A stretch of 43,953 bases of DNA from an uncultured Campylobacter sp. (GCA_963518485.1 CAUQJW010000001.1:1-43953), one strand, 5' to 3'; counted from the first letter of the stretch, positions 1-10,117 are shown. The notes: generated by a model not told the origin, from the letters alone. Numbers and translations are program-made.

Positions 1-639
1 AGCCGGCGCTGCCGGTTTTGCGACCGTAGCTTCGCCGCCTGCCGCCTTTTGAGCGCGGCGAGCCTGATCTTCGGCCTTTCTTACTTTTAATAGCCTCTCT
101 ATCTCTGCTTCTACTTCGCTATCGCTTAAATTCGATAAATTGTCGTCGCTAACCGGTTCGGGTTCCGGTTCGGCTTGAACCGCCTGGGCAGGTTCAGGCT
201 CCGGAGCGGCAGCCGGGGTAGGCGCGGCAGCCGTAGGCTCCGGAGCGCCGCCCTCCGATATGGCCGTTAGTCTTTGACATATATCTTCGATATTAATTCC
301 GACGTCCGTATCGTTACCGTTATCTCTAATACCGTGCAATAACCCCTTCATCATATCGACGGATTCTAAAACTACGTCCATAATATCCGGAGTAATTTTT
401 AGTTCGTCGCGACGGGCTTTATTTAGCACGTCTTCCATATGGTGCGTTAGTTTAGTTAAAACGTCGAAATTTAAAAAGCTCGACGAGCCTTTTACGGTGT
501 GAGCGACGCGGAAAATTCTATTTAATAGTTCCAAGTCTTCCGGATTTGACTCAAGCTCTACCAAATCGTGATCTATCTGCTCTATAAGTTCAAAGGCTTC
601 CACAAGGAAGTCTTCCATAATTTCTTTCATATCGTCCAT
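1..639 (-). CDS. cheA: Chemotaxis histidine kinase CheA, N-terminal part (runs off window)
   Basis: Manual translation from ATG at 639: MDDMKEIMEDFLVEAFELIEQIDHDLVELE...IFRVAHTVKGSS (Hpt domain), then a Pro/Ala/Glu linker; lies downstream of cheV. Confidence 0.92.
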   Translation of the reverse strand, partial: MDDMKEIMEDFLVEAFELIEQIDHDLVELESNPEDLELLNRIFRVAHTVKGSSSFLNFDVLTKLTHHMEDVLNKARRDELKITPDIMDVVLESVDMMKGLLHGIRDNGNDTDVGINIEDICQRLTAISEGGAPEPTAAAPTPAAAPEPEPAQAVQAEPEPEPVSDDNLSNLSDSEVEAEIERLLKVRKAEDQARRAQKAAGGEATVAKPAAPA

Positions 640-648
640 TTTTAACCC

Positions 649-1602
649 CTATTTCGCAGATTTGTTGTACGACTCGATAACGCGAAGCACTTCGTTGTAA
701 AATAAAGTCGCATCGAATTTAGTAAGATATGCGGCAGCTCCGACCTCTTTACTTTGAGCTTCGCTATAATCGTTGCTAAGCGACGAATTAAAGATAATAG
801 GAATATCCGCATATCTCGGATCGTCTTTTAAGGTTGCGGCGAAGCGATAACCGTCCATCTGAGGCATCTCGATATCGCTTAGAATTATCTTTAGATACTG
901 ATTTAGCTTATCGCCGTACATTTCGTATAGATCTTGCATCTTTGCCAAGCCTTCGACGCCGTCTTTAGCTTCTACGACTTTTAAGCCCATTTTTTCTAGC
1001 GTATCTTTAACCAACTTTCTGGCGGTCGAGCTATCGTCTAGCACTAGTCCCAAGCCGTTTAGCTTTTTATTTTCATCCATATCCACTTCGATCTTAGGGC
1101 TATAAATTCCAAGTTCTTCTACTACGCTTTCAAGATCCAAAATGAGCAAAACTTCGTCGTTTTCTATACGCGTAACGCCGGTAATTTTTCCTTTATCTAA
1201 AGTACCCGAACTAGCGGTAAAAGAAGCCGCCTCTATATCGGCCCAACTTATTCTACGTATTCTTTTTGCTTCATGCACTATAAAGCCGATTAAAATTTCG
1301 CTAAATTCCGCAATAATAACCCGAGGTTTCATAGTAGCTTCTTCAGGCTCTTCTATATGCATCCATTTGGCTAAATTTATTACCGGAATCACGACCCCTC
1401 GAAGATCGAAAATCCCCTCTATATACTCCGGAACGCCCGGCAACTCGGTAAGATTAGGCATCTTGATAATTTCGCGAACCTTTGCTACGTTTACGCCGTA
1501 TATGCCTTCATATACTTTGTCGCCCGTTTTTTTCAGGATACGAAAATCGACAAGCTCCATCTCGTTTGAACCGGTTTTTAACATATCTCCACCATCAAAC
1601 AT
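649..1602 (-). CDS. cheV: Chemotaxis protein CheV (CheW + receiver domain)
   Basis: GSNEMELVDF, YGVNVAKVREII CheW domain; C-terminal receiver (LDDS, DIEMPQMDG, KF). Confidence 0.95.
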   Translation of the reverse strand: MFDGGDMLKTGSNEMELVDFRILKKTGDKVYEGIYGVNVAKVREIIKMPNLTELPGVPEYIEGIFDLRGVVIPVINLAKWMHIEEPEEATMKPRVIIAEFSEILIGFIVHEAKRIRRISWADIEAASFTASSGTLDKGKITGVTRIENDEVLLILDLESVVEELGIYSPKIEVDMDENKKLNGLGLVLDDSSTARKLVKDTLEKMGLKVVEAKDGVEGLAKMQDLYEMYGDKLNQYLKIILSDIEMPQMDGYRFAATLKDDPRYADIPIIFNSSLSNDYSEAQSKEVGAAAYLTKFDATLFYNEVLRVIESYNKSAK

Positions 1603-2338
1603 TTTGGCCCCTTACGTCCTTTCGGACAAACTTGATTTTTTGTTGCGCGTATTCTACAATAAAATAACTTTGCTCGCATGCAAAAGCCGATAAATTTACG
1701 TAAAGCTTAGGCGAAGGTCGGGCGAAATAGAATTCTTTCCCTTGGTGAAAATGCCCTTCGACCGCTACGTCGGCATCGTAGAAGATCATTCTGCGTCTTG
1801 CGACTTCTTCAAAATTAGCGATTTTATAATCCAGCTTTTTAGCAAACAGCCTTGATAAAATCTTTTTAGAAATTTTAAAGCCCAAAAGTTTATCTAAAAA
1901 ATTTATCGTTTTTAAAAATATATTAGTTCGCAAAAAAAGCAAAGCGTATTTTGTAATAAGCGGTAAAAATAAATCGCCGTGAGCTACGGCTACGCTTTGG
2001 TTAAATTCGGTTTTAAAAATGACCGGCTGAGTTCGCAAAGGATAAATTTTAACGTTTTTAAAAAGTCCGGTAAGCTCGTAATCGTGGTTTCCTTCGAAAT
2101 AATAAATTTCTATCTTTTGTCCGAGTTCATCGATAAGCCTAACGTACGGCGCAAAAAAATCGGCAAAATACTCCGTTTTAGCCGATAAAAAATCAAACAT
2201 ATCGCCGAGCAAAAAAAGTTGCGGCGCGCGAATTTCGTCCTTTCTAACTAAATTTAAAAAATCGAAAAACTCGTTGCGATCTTTATTTGCGTGCGCGTCG
2301 GCGATAAATATCGCTCCGGGCTTTATCGTGATTTGCAT
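1595..2338 (-). CDS. lpxH: Calcineurin-like metallophosphoesterase, probable UDP-2,3-diacylglucosamine hydrolase
   Basis: DAH, GDMFD, EGNHD, HGD and GHFH motifs; near lpxB. Confidence 0.75.
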   Translation of the reverse strand: MQITIKPGAIFIADAHANKDRNEFFDFLNLVRKDEIRAPQLFLLGDMFDFLSAKTEYFADFFAPYVRLIDELGQKIEIYYFEGNHDYELTGLFKNVKIYPLRTQPVIFKTEFNQSVAVAHGDLFLPLITKYALLFLRTNIFLKTINFLDKLLGFKISKKILSRLFAKKLDYKIANFEEVARRRMIFYDADVAVEGHFHQGKEFYFARPSPKLYVNLSAFACEQSYFIVEYAQQKIKFVRKDVRGQNV

Positions 2339-2341
2339 AAA

Positions 2342-2824
2342 TTAAAATTCTATCGGTTTGTAGCTAACCGATACGATTTCTACGTCGCTTCTGCCGTTTG
2401 GCAAATTTAGCGCGACCTCGTCGCCCTCGCTCTTGCCGATTAGCTGTTTGGCTAGAGGCGAGTTTATCGAGATGAGACCGCGCTCTAGGTTGCTCTCTGG
2501 CGTGCCCACTAGCGTGTAGGTCTTTTCTAACTCGGTTTCTACGTCCATGATGACGACCGTGGAGCCGAATTTCACCTTATCGTGCTCGTATTCTGCGGGG
2601 TCGATTACCTTAGCGCGGCTTACTATGTCGCTAAGCTCGGCGATACGGCTTTCTATAAACGCCTGCTTTTCTCTAGCGGCGTGGTATTCGGCGTTTTCTT
2701 TTAGGTCGCCGTGACTGCGCGCGATGTCGATCTCCTCGACGATATTGGGCCTTTCGACCGTCTTTAGGTTTTTTAGTTCATTCGTGATTTTTTCATATCC
2801 GAAAAGCGTCATCGGTTCGGTCAT
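2342..2824 (-). CDS. greA: Transcription elongation factor GreA
   Basis: [18 protein letters not shown] motif; [14 protein letters not shown]. Confidence 0.97.
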   Translation of the reverse strand: MTEPMTLFGYEKITNELKNLKTVERPNIVEEIDIARSHGDLKENAEYHAAREKQAFIESRIAELSDIVSRAKVIDPAEYEHDKVKFGSTVVIMDVETELEKTYTLVGTPESNLERGLISINSPLAKQLIGKSEGDEVALNLPNGRSDVEIVSVSYKPIEF

Positions 2825-2827
2825 TTT

Positions 2828-3859
2828 TTATCCTTTACTTGTTATGATTTGCGCTACGTTAACTGCAGAGCCGTGTTTTAGGTATTTTCGCAGCTTCTCG
2901 CAGCCTTTGATAAATTTCTCTTTATCGCAGCTCTCGTAGGCTTTTATTAGATTGCCGGGCGTTACTTCCTCTTGCAGTAGCTCCTCGTGTAGCGCCTCTT
3001 CGCCCATAAAATCAAACATTATATTTGCAAGCCCGATGTGGCGTAGCTTCACAAACATACGCGCGATCATTATATCGATTGCTTTAGCTTTATAAGCTAG
3101 CACGAACGGCGTGCCCACGAGCGCGGCCTGCAGCGTCGCGGTGCCTGAGCAGATGAAGGCAAACTCGCTTTGCAAAAGCGTGCGCGGAGCGTCCGTAACC
3201 ACTCTAAAATCGCTAACGTCGCCGTAAATTTGCATTTCGTTTGCCAAAAAAGGCGGCACGACGAGCAGTTTTTCTTTGTCTTTTATCTGGCTTGCTACCT
3301 CGCGAAAAATCGGCATCAAGCGCGAAATTTCGGCGCGGCGGGATCCGGGCATAAAAGCGATTTTGCCGCTTTGCAAAAGCTCGTTTTTTCGCACTCGTAG
3401 CTCATCAAGCAACGGGTGTCCGACGTAGCGCGAGCGGTTAAAATACATCCCGTCAAAGGGCAAAATCGATGCCAAATGATCGCAGTACGCCTCAACCTTC
3501 GCCACGCGCCCAGCCTTCCACGCCCACACCTGCGGCAAGATATAGTAGGTCACGGGCGTTTTGATACCTGCTTCTTTGATCGCCTTAGCTAGCGGCAGGT
3601 TAAACGCGGGGCTGTCGATAAGTAGCACGGCGTCGCACTGCTCAGCTAGGTGAGTCATCTCTTTTACCGCGCGCTTTGCCTTAAAATAAAGCGGCAAAAC
3701 CTCCACGAAGCCCATCGCGGAAAACTCCGAGCTTGGCATAAAAGGTTCGCCGAATTTCTCGTCAAAAATGCCTTTTAATTCGCACTTTGGTAGGTACTCT
3801 AAAACCTGCTCGAAGTGCAAATTTGCAGAGGCCTCCAAACAAGAGACGAGTAGCTTCAC
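2828..3859 (-). CDS. lpxB: Lipid-A-disaccharide synthase
   Basis: IDSPAFN, PQVWAWK, YVGHPL, PGSR, SGTATL motifs. Confidence 0.95.
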   Translation of the reverse strand: MKLLVSCLEASANLHFEQVLEYLPKCELKGIFDEKFGEPFMPSSEFSAMGFVEVLPLYFKAKRAVKEMTHLAEQCDAVLLIDSPAFNLPLAKAIKEAGIKTPVTYYILPQVWAWKAGRVAKVEAYCDHLASILPFDGMYFNRSRYVGHPLLDELRVRKNELLQSGKIAFMPGSRRAEISRLMPIFREVASQIKDKEKLLVVPPFLANEMQIYGDVSDFRVVTDAPRTLLQSEFAFICSGTATLQAALVGTPFVLAYKAKAIDIMIARMFVKLRHIGLANIMFDFMGEEALHEELLQEEVTPGNLIKAYESCDKEKFIKGCEKLRKYLKHGSAVNVAQIITSKG

Positions 3860-4311
3860 TGATTGCCCTTAAATTCCTCGGCTACGTACGCAAGCTCAGC
3901 CGCGCGCTCCTTAGTCATCTGTAAATAGCAATCGGCCGCTATTACGAGATAAATCGTTCCTTGCGGAGGATAAAAAGCGCATTTGGCCTCTTTATAAGCG
4001 ACCCATTTACTCTGTATATCTTTTAGGATTTTTTTATTTTCGTCGTTTAGTGTACTCATAGTCTTTTTATAGTTTTCGTTTAAAATTTTATCTTGGACGG
4101 CAAATTCAGCATTTATGCACTCTACCATACCGGCGGTAGAGCTATCTTTTTGCATGCACTCGTCTACGCGCGCTCGCGATTCGCCCGATCCTTGCAAATT
4201 TATATCCGAATTTGGTCGCAAACTTGACGACGACTTCGTTTTTATAGCTAGTTCTTGCGCGCTAAAAACAAGGCTTACCGCAAACGCCGCAAAAATAATT
4301 TTTTTAAGCAT
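3856..4311 (-). CDS. Secreted lysozyme-inhibitor LprI-like protein
   Basis: Signal peptide; C...STAGMVEC, LNENYK, Q.KWVAYKEAKC, C.LQMTKERA pattern of the LprI family. Confidence 0.75.
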   Translation of the reverse strand: MLKKIIFAAFAVSLVFSAQELAIKTKSSSSLRPNSDINLQGSGESRARVDECMQKDSSTAGMVECINAEFAVQDKILNENYKKTMSTLNDENKKILKDIQSKWVAYKEAKCAFYPPQGTIYLVIAADCYLQMTKERAAELAYVAEEFKGNQ

Positions 4312-4397
4312 ATTTTACCCTTTAAATTTAACGGGAATTATCGCCTAAAACGGCTAAATAAACAATAAAAATTAATTGGATTTTAAATTTTAGAAAA

Positions 4398-4425
4398 CCC
4401 AAAGCCCACAGGCTCTGGGTTTGGG
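4398..4425 (-). terminator. Probable intrinsic terminator after nrfA
   Basis: CCCAAAGCCCA...TGGGTTTGGG stem (one bulge) just past the nrfA stop, followed by TTTT on the minus strand. Confidence 0.65.
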
Positions 4426-4428
4426 AAT

Positions 4429-6135
4429 TTACTTAAAGTTTAGATTTTTGACGTTTTCGTCGACTTTTTTCATATTCTCCGTCGGAAGCGCACCGATAGG
4501 CGGCTTATGTCCTAAAGACGCAGGAGCCGCAACTGGAGTAGCTTCTTGAGTTAGCTTAACGGTAATTCCGTAAGGGGCTAAATCGTTTACTAACTGAGTT
4601 TGTCCTTGGCGCGCAAATTCTTTACATTGGCCTAGGATTCTAGTCGCTTCTTCGTCTCCGTGGAATCCGTAACTATTTTCGCTAAATGCAAAGTCCCAAC
4701 GAATATGAGTTTTTCTGTGCAAGTAAAGAGTTTTTTCGAGAGCTTTACTGATAGCTTCTTTTTGCTCTTTTTCAGGCAAATTCGCAAATTGAGGCAATTT
4801 GGCTAATTCCGCTCTAGCTACTTTTACGTCTTGGATTAAAGAAAGTAGCGCATTTTCGCAGTTTCTTAGCTCATAAGCGTGACGATTTTGAATAAAGTCG
4901 ATTCTAGCTTTTAGCTCTTGTTCGCCTTGCGGGTGGCAAGTTTTGCAAGCGGCGTTAAGGTTATTGTAAGGAGTTAAAATATTATGCTCGCTTACTTTTT
5001 GAGCGCCTTCGCGTTTATAAGGCATGTGGCAATCCGCGCAAGTTACGCCGTTTCTACCGTGTATGCCGGTAGAGCTTAACTCTGCTTCAGGGTGTTGCAT
5101 CTTGATAATTTTAGCGCCGGTATCTTTATGGATGTAGTCAAATTTAAATCCGTCCTCTTTGGCTAACTGATCGTCATAGTATTGGTCGAAATTCTCGATC
5201 TTAAACGGCTCGTCTTTCTTCCAGAAATTCCAAGGGAAGGTTAAAACGGATTCTTTGCCTGCAGGATAGTATTCTACGTGGCACTGCATACAAACGTAGC
5301 TTCTCATCTCTTGTCTGGTGGCCTTTATACCGCTTTTTGCGTCGGCTTGGTAGCCTCTAGCGACCATTGCGTTTACGAATGCGGGTCTTGTTACTCTTAG
5401 GCTCATATCATCTGGCGAGTGGCAGTCTGCACAGGTGCTGCCTAGATGCGATCCGTGGATACTCTCGCCGTGTTTAGCCGCGATTTTTTTCATAACGTCG
5501 AAATACGGGATAGAGTTCATCTTCGTCCACGCGGCTTTTCTCTTTTCGCCTTCCTCTTTAGGCATTACGTCGAAAAACGGCATAGGCTTAGTTGCAGCAG
5601 GCGTAGGATCGGCAGTTAGGTTATAATCGCCATCAACTTGAAGCGCGGTTAAATATCCGGTGTGGCAATTGACGCAATATCCTGGCTGACCCTTAAATGC
5701 AGGAAGCCCGTGAGCGTTTAGATACTCTTTATCGTTTCTTTTGGTTTCGATCTGATCTATCTGAGAGTAGTAGTGAGTTCTAGGTTTGCTGTAATCTACG
5801 CCGAATGCATAGCCGTTCCAAAACACCGTAGCTGCAGGCCAGCGGATAATTTTACTATACGGAAAAGATCCGCCGAACGGAGTTTCGATTAGCTCGCTAC
5901 CGTTAGGATTAGCGTCGCTTTTATGTTCCATTTTTTTATAGTCGCCTAGTTGGCTAGGAAAATTCGCTCCCCATTTTTCAAAGTCCGGCTCAAGCTCGCT
6001 GACTTTGTTTAGCATTAGCGGATAGTATCGCTCTTGCGCTTTTTTATCGCCGATATCGGTGAAAAGCGCAAACATAGCCGCACCGAGTACTACAGCTACC
6101 AAAAAAGTAACTATATACAACACCTTATTTTTCAT
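4429..6135 (-). CDS. nrfA: Pentaheme cytochrome c nitrite reductase NrfA (CXXCH heme-1 type)
   Basis: Five CXXCH motifs (CVNCH, CADCH, CMQCH, CADCH, CKTCH); CHVEYY, KMQHPE, ENSYGFH motifs; adjacent to nrfH. Confidence 0.95.
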   Translation of the reverse strand: MKNKVLYIVTFLVAVVLGAAMFALFTDIGDKKAQERYYPLMLNKVSELEPDFEKWGANFPSQLGDYKKMEHKSDANPNGSELIETPFGGSFPYSKIIRWPAATVFWNGYAFGVDYSKPRTHYYSQIDQIETKRNDKEYLNAHGLPAFKGQPGYCVNCHTGYLTALQVDGDYNLTADPTPAATKPMPFFDVMPKEEGEKRKAAWTKMNSIPYFDVMKKIAAKHGESIHGSHLGSTCADCHSPDDMSLRVTRPAFVNAMVARGYQADAKSGIKATRQEMRSYVCMQCHVEYYPAGKESVLTFPWNFWKKDEPFKIENFDQYYDDQLAKEDGFKFDYIHKDTGAKIIKMQHPEAELSSTGIHGRNGVTCADCHMPYKREGAQKVSEHNILTPYNNLNAACKTCHPQGEQELKARIDFIQNRHAYELRNCENALLSLIQDVKVARAELAKLPQFANLPEKEQKEAISKALEKTLYLHRKTHIRWDFAFSENSYGFHGDEEATRILGQCKEFARQGQTQLVNDLAPYGITVKLTQEATPVAAPASLGHKPPIGALPTENMKKVDENVKNLNFK

Positions 6136-6156
6136 TGGTTTTCCTCCTGTTAAATT

Positions 6157-6678
6157 TTAAAAGTTATGCGCATGTCCGGCTTGTCTATGGCAGGATATGC
6201 AGTTTAACGGTTCGTTTGAATCGTTTTGATGCTCTTTGAGCTTTTTGTCAAACGGCTTAGCACTGCCTATGGCTCTAGCGTCGACTACGTTAGTAACGTA
6301 TTCTCTGTGGCAATCCATACAATTTTCTTGGACTACTTTTTTTGTTTTTTCGTTTGCGGTAAATGCATAAGGATTATCTTTAAAAGTAACGGCATACGCG
6401 TGTCCTAGGCCGCTTTGAGCCTTCATGATCCAGTATCCTATAAAATCATGCGGCAAATGGCAGTCGTTACAGGTCGCGACGTTTTGGTGTCCGCCCTTCA
6501 TCCAGCTCTCATAGACCTGGTTCATAACGTGGCAGTTTTTACAGGCTGCGGGATCCGGGCTAAAATACGAAAAACCCTTGGCGTAGTAAAACGTATAAAG
6601 ACCGTGCCCTATAACCAAACCAAAAGATACTAACAAAAGAATTATCCAAACGGACGCTTTTTTCTTTGCGTTTTCCAT
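6157..6678 (-). CDS. nrfH: Tetraheme quinol dehydrogenase NrfH
   Basis: N-terminal TM helix; four CXXCH motifs (CKNCH, CNDCH, CMDCH, CISCH). Confidence 0.95.
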   Translation of the reverse strand: MENAKKKASVWIILLLVSFGLVIGHGLYTFYYAKGFSYFSPDPAACKNCHVMNQVYESWMKGGHQNVATCNDCHLPHDFIGYWIMKAQSGLGHAYAVTFKDNPYAFTANEKTKKVVQENCMDCHREYVTNVVDARAIGSAKPFDKKLKEHQNDSNEPLNCISCHRQAGHAHNF

Positions 6679-6985
6679 AATCGGCTTTCTAACCTCCTTT
6701 ATAAATTTAAATAAAACTTAATTCTATTTATTGACCGAATTCTATTATTTTAATACTTAATATTTGTTGATTTTTATTAGTAATATAAACAATAAACGTA
6801 ACTAAAACTATACGTTTATTAAACAACTTGCGAATCATTATTAATGCAATATATGCCATTTTACGAGTATTTAGGCTTTTTATTTAAAATCGCTATTTTA
6901 AATTTTTATAAAATTCGTTAATTAAATTTAAAACGTAAAATAAATAGGATAAAAAAGGTTTTATTTATCGGTAAGGTGAAAACTA

Positions 6986-6994
6986 TGATAAAAT
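6986..6994 (+). promoter_or_regulatory. Extended -10 promoter element for surE
   Basis: TGATAAAAT (TGn-TAAAAT) ~30 nt before the surE ATG. Confidence 0.5.
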
Positions 6995-7022
6995 AGCGAT
7001 TAAATTTTTCGCAAGGCAAAAA

Positions 7023-7805
7023 ATGTACGAAATTTTAATAACCAATGACGACGGGTTCGAGGCTAGTGGCTTGCACGCTTTAGCTAGTGCGCTGCGCGAA
7101 CTACCGGACACGCGCGTCACGATAGTAGCCCCAAGTAGCGAAAAATCGGCTTGCGCGCACTCTCTTACGCTAACTAGGCCTCTTCGTTTCATCAAGCTTG
7201 ATGACGATTTTTACAAACTCGACGACGCTACGCCCGCTGATTGCGTCTATCTCGCGCTTCACGCGCTTTATAAAAGGCTGCCCGACCTAGTCGTAGGCGG
7301 CATAAACCACGGCGCCAACGTAGGCGAAGACATCACTTACTCGGGCACGTGCGGAGCGGCTATGGAGGGCGTTTTGCAAGGGATTCCAAGTATCGCGTTT
7401 TCGCAATTTTATAAGAGCGACGGTATCGAAAAAACGGGCTTTTCACTCGCCGAAGATGTCGTTAAATTTATCGTTTCTCGCGTACTAAACGGCGAGATAG
7501 CGCTGCCGCCGCGCCAGTTTTTAAACGTAAATATCCCCGCCGTCTCGCCCCGCGAATTTAGAGGCTACCGCGTTGTGCCTGCTGGCAAACGCAGCTACGC
7601 CACGCACGCGATGCTCCACCGCAACCCGCGAGGCGTCGAGTATTATTGGCTCGGACAAGCCTCGAGCCTAGACTACGAGCAAAACGGCGAGTCCGATATC
7701 AGTGCGCTTAGCGACGGTTTTGCCTCGCTTACTCCCATTATGCTAGATATGACGGCGCATGCGAGTCTAGCCGCGCTAAAAACCGCCCTAAAGGATCAAA
7801 TTTGA
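7023..7805 (+). CDS. surE: 5'/3'-nucleotidase SurE
   Basis: ILITNDDG, ATPADCV, GINHGAN, YSGT motifs. Confidence 0.96.
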   Translation: MYEILITNDDGFEASGLHALASALRELPDTRVTIVAPSSEKSACAHSLTLTRPLRFIKLDDDFYKLDDATPADCVYLALHALYKRLPDLVVGGINHGANVGEDITYSGTCGAAMEGVLQGIPSIAFSQFYKSDGIEKTGFSLAEDVVKFIVSRVLNGEIALPPRQFLNVNIPAVSPREFRGYRVVPAGKRSYATHAMLHRNPRGVEYYWLGQASSLDYEQNGESDISALSDGFASLTPIMLDMTAHASLAALKTALKDQI

Positions 7806-8464
7806 ACGAAGAAATTTTAGAAAAACCGGACCGCTTTACGAGGTCTCGATGGCTATTAGGCGATGATTTTAAAAAGCTTCAAAAAGCAAACGTCCTAATC
7901 TGCGGCGTAGGCGGCGTAGGCGGCGTCTGTGCGGATGCGCTGGCTAGAACCGGCGTAGGTAAAATCACCGTCATCGACAAGGATGTTTTTGATATAACCA
8001 ATCAAAACCGCCAAATTTACAGCGAAGCCGTCGGCGCGGTCAAAGTCGGCGAATTTGCCGCAAGATACGAGTGCGTGACGGCGCTACAAGAGCTAATGAC
8101 GCCGGAGTTTGTCGAGGATTTTGATTTTTCGCCGTTTGATCTTATTATCGACGCTATCGACGACGTGCCGGCTAAAGTCGCTCTCGCGCTAAAAACGCAC
8201 GAAAAGTTAATTAGCTCTATGGGCGGCGCAAAGCGCCTAGATCCGACGCAGATCAAAGTAGCATCCATCTGGCAGACTTGCAACGACCCGTTTGCCAAGA
8301 AAATACGAGCCGAGCTTAAAAAAGCGGGGTTTAAAGGCAAATTTGACGTCGTATTTTCGACCGAGCTGCCAAAATGCGTGAAACTGGGCAGTTTTATGGG
8401 CGTAACGGCGTGTTTTGGGTTAAATTTAGCGGCTTTAGCGGTAAATAAAATTATTAAAAGCTAG
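7802..8464 (+). CDS. tcdA: ThiF-family tRNA threonylcarbamoyladenosine dehydratase
   Basis: GVGGVG, TNQNRQ, DAIDD, SSMGGA..LDPT, DPFAKKIR, VFSTE. Confidence 0.8.
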   Translation: MNEEILEKPDRFTRSRWLLGDDFKKLQKANVLICGVGGVGGVCADALARTGVGKITVIDKDVFDITNQNRQIYSEAVGAVKVGEFAARYECVTALQELMTPEFVEDFDFSPFDLIIDAIDDVPAKVALALKTHEKLISSMGGAKRLDPTQIKVASIWQTCNDPFAKKIRAELKKAGFKGKFDVVFSTELPKCVKLGSFMGVTACFGLNLAALAVNKIIKS

Positions 8465-8480
8465 ATGCGGCCCATACAAA

Positions 8481-8903
8481 CTATCTCAGCCGTTTTAGGC
8501 TGGTTTTTGAAATTTTATATATTTTCGAGCTTGCGTTTTGGCTGAAATTTTGATCCACGACCTCGTCCGCCGCCGCTCTCGCCCACTCTTCGTCGAAGTT
8601 TTGTCCGTTTAAATTTGCGCTGCTAGAGTAGAGCCAGTCAAATTTACGTAAAAACTCCTCGTGAGCGCACTCTTTTACGACGCGCACGGCCTTAGCGTTC
8701 GGATACAAAAACGTCGTTTTCCTCGCGCGGCGCACTAAATTTTTAAATTTAGCGGGCACGCGAGCGAGATTTTTTAGCTCGCTAAGCTTCGCCGTCGTTA
8801 TGAGACAGGGTTTGTCCGCCGCTCGGCGTTTGAGCGCGTTTATCTCGCGAAAATCCTTACTCAAAAATCCCGCAGTCGTATCGGTCTGCGCCAAATAAAT
8901 CAT
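8481..8903 (-). CDS. Short Sua5/YrdC (TsaC-like) family protein
   Basis: Probable start at 8903: MIYLAQTDTTAG, KRR..DKP, SSSANL motifs. Confidence 0.8.
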   Translation of the reverse strand: MIYLAQTDTTAGFLSKDFREINALKRRAADKPCLITTAKLSELKNLARVPAKFKNLVRRARKTTFLYPNAKAVRVVKECAHEEFLRKFDWLYSSSANLNGQNFDEEWARAAADEVVDQNFSQNASSKIYKISKTSLKRLR

Positions 8904-9174
8904 ATTTTTCTCCAAATTTAATCTCTTAAACATCGCTCGCGCCCGGCTTACCGCAAATTTTACTACGATTTTTGCCCGAAACGAGCGCATAAAAACGTCG
9001 CAAATCAGCGCCTAATTTTATCTAAAACTTAGGCCAAGCCTAGTTTTAATCGCACCCGAGCCGACTTGCTTGCAAAAATTGCTTCTTCGAGCTTTTTAAA
9101 ACAAGCCTTTGCTTCTCGCAAAAAAGGACGCGCTTATGATTTGATTAAATTTGGCGCGATTACGCCTTGCCGCG

Positions 9175-10086
9175 TTAAATTTTACGCCTTTTATCGTCCC
9201 TGGCCAGCAAAAATATGCACGAGATAATGAGCGTAAAGCCTGCAAAATCAAGAAACACGAACTCCGTCCCCAGCCAAAAATAGGCAAACGCCGCCGCGCT
9301 CACCGGCTCTATGCACGCGATCATGCTCGCCCTGCTCGCGCCTATTATCTTTAGCCCCGTCATGTAAAAGCTAAACGCGCATATCGTGCCTAAAATCACC
9401 ACCGCGGCAAGCACCGCAAAGCCGTCCGCGTCGCTCACGCCGCCTAGCTGCCAAACCCGCGTGTAAAGCGCGAGCGCGCCGCCGCCGATGACCATGCCCC
9501 AGCCTAAATTTAACGCGACGGGGTATTTTTGATTTAGCTTCGCGGGGATGAGACTATAAATCACGACGCCAAGCGCGCTAATGAGGCACCAAACCAGCGC
9601 CTCTGCGCTGATAACGAGCGAGCCAAGATCGCCGTGAGTGGCGAGCAACACGACGCCCAGCACCGCGAAAATGAGCGCGATGAGCTCGACCTTTTTAGGC
9701 ACGCGTCGTTCTAAAAAGCAAACGACGGCAAGGATGAGCGCGGGCGCGGAGTACTGGATCACGGTCGCGACGGCGGCGTTTGAGAGCTCGACACCGCAAA
9801 AGTACGAATACTGTGTCATCATAAGCCCAAAAAACGCGTAGATGAGCAGCTGCGGCAAAAGCACGCGATCTTTTAGCGGAGCGAGGGCTAGGCGCGGCGA
9901 GCGAGCGATGTAATACGCTACCATCGCAAGCCCGGCGAGGCCTAGGCGGTAGGGCACGAGCCAGTCGGCGCTGACGCCTTTTTGCGTGAACAGATACTGC
10001 CCGCAAACACTGCTAAATCCCCATAATACGCCGCCAAGAAGCGTGATAAATACGCCAAAAAATTCGCTTTTTACTAGATTTTTCAT
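9175..10086 (-). CDS. DMT/EamA family transporter
   Basis: About ten hydrophobic segments; LWG, ATVIQYSAP, GASRASMIACIEPV motifs. Confidence 0.9.
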   Translation of the reverse strand: MKNLVKSEFFGVFITLLGGVLWGFSSVCGQYLFTQKGVSADWLVPYRLGLAGLAMVAYYIARSPRLALAPLKDRVLLPQLLIYAFFGLMMTQYSYFCGVELSNAAVATVIQYSAPALILAVVCFLERRVPKKVELIALIFAVLGVVLLATHGDLGSLVISAEALVWCLISALGVVIYSLIPAKLNQKYPVALNLGWGMVIGGGALALYTRVWQLGGVSDADGFAVLAAVVILGTICAFSFYMTGLKIIGASRASMIACIEPVSAAAFAYFWLGTEFVFLDFAGFTLIISCIFLLARDDKRRKI

Positions 10087-10117
10087 TGCGCGATTATAGC
10101 TAAAAATTTCGGCCTAA

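Noticed and set aside
150..260. Short repeats (GGTTCGGGTTCCGGTTCG, GCGGCAGCCG)
   Set aside because: They encode the Pro/Glu/Ala linker of CheA; ordinary low complexity.
8904..9174. Intergenic region with small ORFs and a hairpin at 9023-9048
   Set aside because: ORFs lack RBS and recognisable motifs; the hairpin is short and could be a simple terminator.
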